Source: Octopus bimaculoides (Eukaryota). From it: a stretch of 64,000 nucleotides of DNA. Under the pieces are notes generated by a model. The model searched no databases. It was not told the origin of the DNA and saw only the letters and a program-made list of their open reading frames with translations. The position numbers and the translations under genes are program-made. The stretch is taken from contig NC_068981.1 of the NCBI RefSeq assembly GCF_001194135.2, positions 5,699,998-5,763,997 on the forward strand, in the 5' to 3' direction. Shown here piece after piece: positions 14,055-23,797 of the stretch. Positions within the stretch are counted from its first letter, which is position 1, and each line of letters starts with the position of its first letter.

Positions 14055-14120
14055 TCATTCTGCATTTTCTGCAGCTTCTTCAGTTTTCTCAGCTGCTTCT
14101 TCAGGTTTGGCTTCTTTTGA
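14055..14120 (-). CDS. VAT1L: Terminal coding exon: SKEAKPEEAAEKTEEAAENAE*
   Basis: Acceptor gaaattttAG with a CTAAT branch-point-like motif just upstream; phase 0; TGA at 14055-14057. Glu/Ala/Lys-rich tail typical of VAT1L-like C-termini. Confidence 0.8.
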   Translation of the reverse strand, partial: SKEAKPEEAAEKTEEAAENAE

Positions 14121-14159
14121 CTAAAATTTCAAATAAATTAGAAAACTTAATTATATACA

Positions 14160-14583
14160 GACCATAAATAATGGTAGGACAAGAAACGATAAATCATATT
14201 ATCTCTGGCTGCCCAATCCTGGCTAAGAAGGAATATATTCACAGACACGACAGAGCTGGGATCTATATACACTGGAAGCTATGCCAACACTATGGAATAA
14301 CAACAGAAAAAAGATGGTATAAACACACACCAGAAAACGAGAAAGCAACCATACTCTGGGATATGCCAATACACACAGATAGAGAATATAAGGCCAATAG
14401 ACCAGATATAGTTGTCAGAGATCATGAAGAAAGAAAATGCTTTCTAATTGATGTATCAATACCAGCAGATGACAATGTTTCTCTAAAAGAAATGGAGAAA
14501 CTTTCAAAATACAAAGACCTAGAAATAGAGGTAACTCGAATGTGGAATCTAAAAACAGAAACAATTCCTATCATAGTAGGTGC
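14160..14583 (+). mobile_element. R4/Dong/Rex6-like non-LTR retrotransposon fragment: zinc-knuckle end plus restriction-like endonuclease
   Basis: ORF 14171: ETINHIISGC...RHDR...LWD...NRPDIVV...FLIDVSIP...EKLSKYKDL, the PD..D RLE motif set. Runs into the N-gap at 14584. Confidence 0.88.
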
Positions 14584-16865
14584 NNNNNNNNNNNNNNNNN
14601 NNNNNNNNNNNNNNNNNNNNNNNNNNNNNNNNNNNNNNNNNNNNNNNNNNNNNNNNNNNNNNNNNNNNNNNNNNNNNNNNNNNNNNNNNNNNNNNNNNNN
14701 NNNNNNNNNNNNNNNNNNNNNNNNNNNNNNNNNNNNNNNNNNNNNNNNNNNNNNNNNNNNNNNNNNNNNNNNNNNNNNNNNNNNNNNNNNNNNNNNNNNN
14801 NNNNNNNNNNNNNNNNNNNNNNNNNNNNNNNNNNNNNNNNNNNNNNNNNNNNNNNNNNNNNNNNNNNNNNNNNNNNNNNNNNNNNNNNNNNNNNNNNNNN
14901 NNNNNNNNNNNNNNNNNNNNNNNNNNNNNNNNNNNNNNNNNNNNNNNNNNNNNNNNNNNNNNNNNNNNNNNNNNNNNNNNNNNNNNNNNNNNNNNNNNNN
15001 NNNNNNNNNNNNNNNNNNNNNNNNNNNNNNNNNNNNNATCGATCCCAAAATCTAATCAGTTTGTGCCAGTCACGAGGCCAAACATCTCTGAAAGTTTCAT
15101 CTGAATCCATCCAGCAGTTCTTGAGATATCTTGTCCATGGACAAACAAACAAATACAACTGAGAACAATACCTCTGCCTTTGCTAAAGCAGAGGTAATAA
15201 TAATAATAATAATAATAAGGGTTTCAAATTTTGCTCCACAAGGACAGTCATTTTGGAGGAGGGGAGGAGTTGATTACATCGACCCCAGTGTTCAACTGGT
15301 ACTTAATTTATTGACCCCAGAAGGATGAAAGGCAAAGTTGACCTCAGTGGAATTTGAACTCAGAACATAGCGATGGGTGAAATACCACTAAGCATTCTGT
15401 TCAGCATGCTAACAATTCTGCCAACTCATTGCCTTAATGATGATAATAATAATAATAATAATAACAAACCTTTCTATTGTAGGCACAAGGCCTGAAATTT
15501 GGGTGAAGGGATTAAGTTGATTATATCAACCCCAGTGCATAACTGGTACTTATTTTATCAACCCCAAAAGGATGAAAGGCAAAGTCGACTTCGGTGGAAT
15601 TTGAACTCAGAAAGTAACGACATGTGAAATACCACTAAGCGTTTTCTCCAGCATGCTAACGATTCTGCCAGCTCACCACATCATCATCATCATCATCGTT
15701 TAATATCTATTTTCCATGCTACCATGGGTTGGACGGTTTGACTGAGGTCTGAAGAGCCAGCGGTTGTGCCAAGCGCCAACCACTCGGAGAGGGTAGTGGG
15801 TGCTTTTTACGTGCCACCAGCATGGGGGGGGGGGGCAGTCAGGCAGTTCTGGCATTGGCAACATTTGGACAATACTTTTTATGTGCCACTGGCATGGGAG
15901 CCAGTCAGGGGACACCATTATAATAATAATGAGAGTTTCACATCTTGGCACGAAGTCTGAAATTTGAGGGGAGGGGGTAAGTCAATTATATTGACCCCCC
16001 AGTGATCAGCTGGTACTTATTTCATTGAAAGGACGATAGAAGTCAACAGTAAAGTCAATGAAAAGATGGATGAAATGATGCTCAGCATTTGGTCTGCTGC
16101 AGTAATAATTCTGTGTTTTAGCCGTCTGCTGTGTATTTGTGAATATTAATGAGGTGTATATTTCTGCATATTAACGTAGCCTATATTAGTTTAGTTGCAT
16201 TAGTAATTATAACTTTGCATAATTAAATACTGCTACTAGAAAAAGAAAAAAACAAAACAGGTCGTGATTGCAGACAGAGAGTGTTGCAGTCGTCGATCGG
16301 TTGAGCTGAAAGAAAGAAAATACTGACGTCTCACTTGATTGGTTACGAGAAGAAGAAATATGCATTCAAGTGTAAAAAAAAAAATATTTGTTCCAATAAT
16401 TCAGGTGTGAATCTGAAATATGTTAAACCATTCATGTAAACAAATGTTTTTGGTCCCTTTTTCCATACTTGATGGGTCAAATGGTGCTTTATTTGGGGCA
16501 GATTTTCTAGGACTGCATGGCCCTTCCTGTCATCAATCATCACTTATTTCCAAACAAAATTCTATGGCTAGATATGTCGTCATAGCACACCGGAAATTAA
16601 CGACACAGCTTGTATGACAGTGACAGCCATTTACAACTATAGAGTGATGTTAAGACAATGAGGCACACACGACAGGCTTCTTTCAGTTTCCAACTACCAA
16701 ATCCATTTACAAAGCTTTGGTTGGCCCAAGGCTATAGTAGAAGACATTTGCCCAAAGTGCCATGCATAGGAACAAAACCTAGAACTATGTGGTTGGGAAG
16801 CAAGTTACTTACCACACAGTCAAAATATTTCAGTGCAAAGAAAATTCATAACATTTCAATTAAAC

Positions 16866-17048
16866 CAGTGGTCCCCAGCCTGGGGTCTGTGAACCCTTGG
16901 TGGTTCACAAAGGTAGTACTGGGGGTCCGTGAACTAAATTCAAAATTTCATATATACATACATACATAAGTATATTAAAAGGGGTCTGTGGGAAAACTCA
17001 TTTAAATAAAAGGGTTGGGAACCCCTGTGAAAAGGTTGGAAACCCCTG
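16866..17048. mobile_element. hAT/Charlie-type MITE with duplicated right end
   Basis: TIRs CAGTGGTCCCCAGCC / GGTTGGAAACCCCTG; flanks AATTAAAC / AATTAAAG (7/8 match). Confidence 0.8.
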
Positions 17049-17624
17049 AATTAAAGCTTGTTTGTAGCTGAATGACTGAAGAGAACCAGAAAGATATATC
17101 CTGGGGCAGTTCATTTAATTTTACTCTTATTTGTTTCAGTCATCTGACTGCGGCCATGCTGGAGCACCGCCATTAGTCGAGCAAATCGACTCCAGGACTT
17201 ATTCTTTGTACGCCTAGTACTTATTCTATTGATCTCTTTTGCTGAACTGCTAATTTACAGGGGATTTAAACACACCAGCATCGGTTGTCAAGCGATGGTT
17301 GGGGGAGGGGAGGGACAAACACACGCACATATATACGACAGGCTTCTTTCAGTTTCCATCTACCAAATCCACTCACAAGGCTTTGGTCAGCCTGAGGCTA
17401 TAGCAGAAGGCACTTGCCCAAGGTGCCATGCAGTGGGACTGAACCCAGAACCATGTGGTTGGTAAGCAAGCTACTTACCACACAGCCACTCTTGCATAAG
17501 AAAGAATGTTTATCTGTAGAACTGTACCTCCAATTAAAAGTTAACCAAATATGTGACCAGTTACCTGTCCAGAGTTAAATTAACAAATTGATAAGAATTA
17601 AATGGGATTAAAACTAAAATTAAA

Positions 17625-18524
17625 TCTACATTATTTACATTCGTCCTCATCTTGTTTGTTGTTAACACAACGTTTCGGTTGATATACCCTCCAGCCTTCA
17701 TCAGGTGTCTTGGGGAAATTTCGAACCTGGGTTCTCATTCCTAAGGTATTTTTCGATGTTATTATTATTATTATTCAGGTCACTGTCTAGAATCGAACTC
17801 GGAATCTTGGGGTTAGTAGCCCGCACTCTTAACCACTATGCCATATGCCCGTGGGCAATTATGGGGTGAATTTTAGGGCTTATAAATCTAATATTTTCCT
17901 ATCCTTCCTTAAAACCGGTTCCCATATGCTGCTCATATCTGCACTCAGTCTGCTTAGGACGTTGTTGTGTCCTAACATATGTGCTGCTTCTTTTAGTTTT
18001 CGTATTTTCCAGTGGTGTTCTCTGGCTATTATTTTGACTTCATCCCACAGGGGAGGTGGTCTCCATTTTCCCATACATGACCAGCTATACCCGATTTATC
18101 AATATCTCTCCGTGTCACAGCTTTGCGATGTTCGTCTACCCTTATTTTGAGGGGGAAGGCATGTTTCGCCTTTGTATAACCTACCACAGTTGCATGGGAT
18201 GGAGGACACGCAGTCTTTGGTCATATTCTCTTCTATTGGTGGTTTTACCTGAAGGAGATATTTGTGAAGTGTTGTATTACTTTTGAATACTGTCCTGATG
18301 TCATATGGGCCGCATATCTTTTCAGAGAGGCTTTTCACACAGGATAGACAGACTGTGGACAGTTTATCGGTTTCATCCCCTCTTTTCTTCATAATTGGAG
18401 TGGATAGTATATTTTTGGGGTAGTTGTTGCTTAATAGATTGTTACTGAGCTTGATCATTTCTTCGTGGTGGGTATCACAATCGCTGCTTAGGACAAATAT
18501 CTGTTGAATGTAAATAATGTACAT
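17625..18524 (-). mobile_element. Penelope-like element 3' part: decayed GIY-YIG endonuclease region (about 17880-18524) plus terminal repeat unit (17625-17857)
   Basis: Minus ORFs read VSSIPCNCGRLYKGET (GIY-YIG-like) and WDEVKIIAREHHWKIRKLKEAAHM, typical of PLE endonuclease C-termini; frameshifted. Confidence 0.82.
17664..17709 (-). ncRNA. Minimal type I hammerhead ribozyme motif (Penelope-type)
   Basis: GACAC CUGAUGA A GGCUG gaggguauau CAACC GAAAC GUU GUGUU: stem I GACAC/GUGUU, complete core, stem II with one mismatch, palindromic AACGUU stem III. Activity untested. Confidence 0.72.
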
Positions 18525-19439
18525 AATTTCTCATCTCTTAAATATAGAACTGTAAAATTAAATCGTACGTTTCATTATTTTCATCCCTTTGTCTTAAAGG
18601 TACACACAGGAATCAGTGGCCATGAATCTCTCTACTAAAATCTGATGGTTCTTGATTTTCTCAAGGAAGACACGGCAATCTAGCCAGAGTTTAGAACTGT
18701 TGGTTCCTCCCTGGCTTCATAATGGTCACCCTGCCTGTTGTGATTATATTGCTTCTGGTCAGTTTAAACATGTTGGTCAGGTTTTGTAGTCAGAGCCACT
18801 TTCATCAATCAGATTTCATTAGCAAAAACATTGGCACAAACATAACTGTGATAGGTGCAGCTATGGCTTGTGTGGTCAAGGATTTTGCATTCCAGCCTTG
18901 TGGTTGTGGGTTCAGTCCCACTGCAGGGCACCTTGGGAAGGTGCCTTCTATTTTAGTTCGTTAACAAAGTTTTGTGAGTGGATTTGGGAAGCACAAACTG
19001 AAAGAAGCCCTCTGTGTGTGTGTGTGTGTTGTGATTGTGTGTGTGTGTGTGTTGTGATTGTGTGTGTGTGTGTGTGTGTGCTGCGATTGTGTGTGTGTGT
19101 GTACGTGCGTGCGTGCATGGTGTTAAACCTAATCGCATTGTTTATGCAGGATCGGTTAGTTTAGTTGTCTCATCGTAAAGTGAAATGTTACTGAAAAAAT
19201 ATTGAGGGGTTGAGAAATATTCAGCCCAAAGTAAAAATATTAAAAAAATAGAGAAAGGTTTAATTAGTGGAAGGAGATTAATTGGATCGCTTAATTAAGA
19301 CTGTGCTTGTAAAAGGGGAAGTAAACAGTGAAGAAAATGGCGGACCAAATAAAGGTAAGGGAGATAACCCACAACATGCTGAAACGAATTGGTGCACCAG
19401 AATGCCGGATTAGAGGAATAGATTGTGGAGGGGGAGGAG

Positions 19440-19645
19440 ATGAGATGAAGGGTGAAAAAGAGTGAGGAGAGAGGGGGAATGGGAAGGGGAGAGGGAAGAG
19501 AAGGAAAAGGATAGGGGAGAGAGAGAAGGGAGAGAGAGAGAGAAGGGAGAGAGAGAGAAGGGAGAGAGAGGGGGAGAGGAGGGAAAGGGTGAAGGATGGA
19601 GAGAGGAGAGAGAGGGCAGAGATAAGTTGAGAGGGGGGGAAGGAA
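19440..19645. repeat. GA-rich low-complexity (polypurine) tract
   Basis: Direct inspection; accounts for ORFs 19295-19740. Confidence 0.9.
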
Positions 19646-19712
19646 TAGATGATGCTGTGAAACAGACAAGCAAAACAAAAAACAAAATCAAAAGTGAAAA
19701 GAAAAAACTTAC

Positions 19713-19736
19713 TTCATCAGAGCCAGTGTCTGGTGG
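19713..19736 (-). CDS. VAT1L: Candidate microexon m4: PPDTGSDE
   Basis: 24 nt, no stop; acceptor ctctgtatttctAG, donor GTAAGT; phase 0/0; shares GACACTGG (DTG) with m3. Confidence 0.7.
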
Positions 19737-20082
19737 CTAGAAATACAGAGACAAGTGGCATCTATCAATACATACATAGAGAGAGAGATCTGCCCCACCT
19801 TTCTTTACAGTCAGCCATCCCCTACTCTCTTCTGCCAACCCCTCACTCCCTATCCACCCCAGTCTCTAGTCATCACCTACTCTTTCCAGCTTCCCCTTCA
19901 ACATATATTTAGCATTCTACCAAATTCCGCCGAGGTTGACTTTGCTTTCATCTTTTTGGGGTTGATAAATTAAGTACCAGTTGCGTACTGCAGTTGATCT
20001 AATCAACAGGCCCCCACCTCTCCAAAACTTTTGGGCCTTGTGCCTAGAGTAGAAAAAAATTTATTTATCATTCTGTCAGTGT

Positions 20083-20783
20083 GCATACACGGCAGAGTGA
20101 GAGTGCCCTGAGAGAAAAGTTGGGTATAAGAAGCATCAGTTCTGGTGTGCAAGAGAGATGACTGTGCTGGCATGGTCATGTGTTGCAAATGGATGAGGAC
20201 AGCTGTGTGAGGAAGTGTCACACTCTAGCAGTTAAGGGAACCTGCGGAAGCGGTAGACCCAGGAAAACCTGGGATGAGGTGGTGAAGCATGACCTTCCAA
20301 CATTGGGCCTCACCGAGGCAATGACAAGTGACCGAGACCTTTGGAGATATGCCGTGCTTGAGAAGACCTGGAAAACCAAGTGAGGCCATAACCGTGGCCT
20401 ATGCCAGTGCTGTGTAACCAGCCCATTTAAGAGTACCCTTCAATCATTGGACAAACTATGCTTGTGAAGACCTGTTGAGGTGAGTGAAACCACTGTCGTG
20501 GCCGATGACAGTACTGCCCGATTGGCACCTGTGCCAGTGGAATGTTAAAAACACCATTTTGGGCATGGTCATTGCAAGTGCCGCCAGACGGGCTCCCATG
20601 CCGGTGACACGTAAAAGCACTCACTACACTCTCAGAGTGGTTGGCGTTAGGAAGGGCATCCAGCTGTAGAAACACTGCCAGATCAGATTGGAGCCTGGTG
20701 CAACCTTCTGGCTCGCCAGCCCTTACTCAAACCGTCCAATCCATGCCAGCATGGAAAGCAGACGTTAAACGATGATGATGATT
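20083..20783 (+). mobile_element. 5'-truncated RTE-clade LINE 3' end with (GAT)n tail
   Basis: GHVLQMDEDSCVRKCHTLAVKGTCGSGRPRKTWDEVVKHDL, then a 3' UTR ending CCATGCCAGCATGGAAAGCAGACGTTAAACGATGATG, the tail shared with many SINEs here. Confidence 0.85.
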
Positions 20784-21478
20784 CCTAAGATGACAAGCTG
20801 GCAGAATTGTTAGCACATCATGCAAAATGCTCAGCAGCATTTTTCAGTTCAGCCAGTCTTTAGGTTCTGAGTTCAAATTCCACCAAGGTCGACTTTACCA
20901 ATCATCGTTTCAAGGTTGATAAAAAGAAGTACCGGTTACGTATTGGGGTTGATGTAATTGCCTCAATCCTTCCCTTGAAAGTGCTAGCCTTGTGTCAAAA
21001 CTTGAAACCTCATCCTACTCCTCACCCATTCTTGATCCCTAACTATACCTGACCCATCCCCTAGCCTCTATCATCCCACACTTTATTCTCTTTTCCTCTA
21101 CTCCCCTCATAACTTAAGGGTCCACCCTGTTACCTCGTCCCCACTATTTTCATTCTCTTCCCAACTCTGTCCTCGTCACCTCCGTCCTCTTCTAAAATGA
21201 AGGTAACCTTGTAGGTAGCTCTTTAACAGCAAGCAACATGGTCTGCTCTGGGCCCCTTTTCTTATATTCTAACCCCTTATCCCTTAAGGTACAGCTGCCT
21301 CTGTTGGTTTCTAATTTTAATGAAACCTAGAGAAGAACATTTGTTGAAAAATTGTTTAAACAGAATTTTCAAATGAGTGTCTGGACATTAATGGACATTG
21401 GGTGGGATGCCAATGACATTCGGGCTGAGCATTAATGGTCAAATGATTTATGTTGTATATAATGGAAATTGTTAGTGA

Positions 21479-21806
21479 CAAACCTGGGCACCAAACCATT
21501 AATCAACAAAGTTAACATTTTTGTTAACGATTTAACTGTGAAAATCATTATTGGACTAATTAACTGCTGTTAACTCAAGTCAACTTCCGTAACAGATTTG
21601 ATAGTTTTGGCTCTTTTTAAAGGTGGTTTTAGAGCAAAAACCCGATTGTTTTTTTTTCTATAATAAAAATTAATGTTAATGGTTTATCAATAACTTTTAT
21701 CACACTTTTAAAGAATTAACTGATTAACAGTTATCAAAGTTAATTTTTTGGTTAATGGATCAACAGTTAACGAAGTTAACTTTTCAATTGACAGTGCCCA
21801 CCTTTG
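21479..21806. mobile_element. hAT-type MITE
   Basis: TIRs CAAACCTGGGCAC / GTGCCCACCTTTG with subterminal GTTAAC repeats; 8-bp flanks GTTAGTGA / GTTAGTTA (7/8 match). Confidence 0.75.
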
Positions 21807-22073
21807 GTTAGTTAATGGTACTTGCAGTAAGTGAAGGAAAACTGAAGAATATAAGGAAATCTAGAAAAAGCTGGTTGTTACAAAAAGGAACACAGAAACA
21901 ATTCACATGGAGGATTATATTGCAGTCTTCACATGGAAGCCTTATGCTGCAGTTGCTCTATGGAGCATTATGCTACAGTTTTCACATGGAATGTCACATG
22001 CCAGCATCAACAATGCTAAAGTAATGATAGATTAGATCTTACGTCTTTGAAGTTTGGAGAAAATTTTTCTTAC

Positions 22074-22103
22074 CTCAGCACCAGTGTCTTCTTCACTCTT
22101 GGC
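22074..22103 (-). CDS. VAT1L: Candidate microexon m3: AKSEEDTGAE
   Basis: 30 nt, no stop; acceptor tttaattatttctAG, donor GAG|GTAAGA; phase 0/0; acidic like the terminal exon. Confidence 0.72.
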
Positions 22104-23131
22104 CTAGAAATAATTAAATATACAAAAAAATAAGATGAAACATTTTAAAATTTAATTTCAAAATTGGTGAAAAATGTAAATGTTTTTAAATGAAAATTAG
22201 AATATTTCTTCTGGAATTGAATTTAGTTATTTAGAATCTGAATAAAGTTGTTACACAAAGAATCTTCTTTGGTTAGTTATGGGGTTTTAATCATAACCAT
22301 CTAATTAATAGGTGTAAGACAATCATTGTAAAATATTAATTAATAAATGTGAGACAACCATGTTAAAATATAGGTTTCAAATTTTGGTACAAGGCCAGCA
22401 ATTTCAAGGGAGGCAGTAAGTTGATTACATCAACCTCCAGTACATGACTGGTACTTCTTTTGTCAACACCAAAAGGATGCAAAGTCCACCTTGACAGAAT
22501 TTGATCTCAGAATGTAAATACGGATGAAATGATGGTAAACATTTTGCCCAGCATGCTAACGATTCTGCCGGGTTTTTAACTATCTCATTTAGACTCCTCA
22601 GTTTAGGACTGCAGCCCATCTATATCGCAACAAAATGCAAAGGGCAGCTATAAAATTTTAACTGTGTCACCAGAAAAGCCATTAATTCCTATGAGAACAT
22701 GGTTCTATCAATTAGGTCAGCTATAGTGTAACCAAATAATAGCAGACTTGAATGCAAGTTTTGTGAATTTTCCTGTTAAAGGTTCTAGAAGTTTTGACTA
22801 AATGTTATAAAAGCTGAGAGATAGAACTCCCAAGTAGAACATCTGATGCTACAAAGAACCAGCCTGAAACTACGCTTAGTTCTGTGATATAAATTCCTTA
22901 TTTCAAAATGATTTAAATTGAAACCCATCAAAATTTCATATTTACATTCTAAGTGCCAGCTTAATAACAAAGTTATTTTACTAAATTCTTAGTTATTTTC
23001 AAAATTAAATGGAAAAAAAAAGACAGTGTATTCCGACAAAAATATGGTAGCAAAAGGGTTCATTTGTATATCTCTTCATTATTGATGACATTTTTAAAAA
23101 CCACTGTTTTGTATTTTTCTTCTGAACTTAC

Positions 23132-23161
23132 CACTGTTGTGGCACTGCTCTCAGATGGGGC
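23132..23161 (-). CDS. VAT1L: Candidate microexon m2: APSESSATTV
   Basis: 30 nt, no stop; acceptor ttttattgttgttccAG, donor GTAAGT; phase 0/0. Confidence 0.65.
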
Positions 23162-23501
23162 CTGGAACAACAATAAAATTCATTGTTATGAGAAGCAACA
23201 TAACCAAAAATACAAATGGAATTTGATACTATAACACATCTTAAAGACAATTTGATGGAATTTAATTCTAGAAAAACATCAAGATTTACAAAAGACAAAC
23301 TTTACACCCAATAAAATATTAAATTATCAATATTCTTGTCTAATAAAAGGAGAAAAGGTTAAGTCAAACCATGGCAGAATGTGAACTTAGAACATGAAGA
23401 TAGACAAAAAAACTGCTAAGTATTTTATCTAGAATGGTAACGATTTTGCCAGCTTAACACCTTAATAACAGTAATGAAAATAATAATAATAATCATAATA
23501 T

Positions 23502-23797
23502 GAAGGTTGTGGTCAATGAGGAGAGTAGACATGATACGAATAGTAATTGGTGTACTTGGAAGTATCAGCACTCAACGACTAAAATGGCTGAAAAAGATTG
23601 GTGCCAGTGTGAAGGTAGAACAGCTGCAAAAATCAGAATTGCTTGGAACTGCAAGAATTCTTGGCAGGGTTCTTGAAGCATGACCAGTAAAACAAGTGTC
23701 ACCTTAGTCTGCTGGCTGTGGACAGCTGACATTTTCCATCATACTCAGCAAAATAAGTTATGAGGTTTCACCACATAACAACAACAACAACAACAAC
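23502..23797 (+). mobile_element. R4-like LINE extreme 3' end with (AAC)n tail
   Basis: RLWSMRRVDMIRIVIGVLGS...QLQKSELLGTARILGRVLEA* (stop 23681-23683), the usual RLE-LINE C-terminus; (AAC)n at 23777-23797. Confidence 0.75.

Noticed and set aside
19330-19370. ATGGCGGACCAAATAAAG|GTAAGG, resembling a plus-strand first exon
   Set aside because: No downstream plus-strand exons or promoter context found; likely chance or repeat-derived.
21820-21870. Possible 39-nt exon ISLYSSVFLHLLQ
   Set aside because: Donor GTACC is very weak and the peptide is just translated pyrimidine tract.
22038-22073. Second GTAAGA donor 31 nt downstream of microexon m3
   Set aside because: Use would shift the frame; no supporting evidence, though a minor NMD isoform cannot be excluded.
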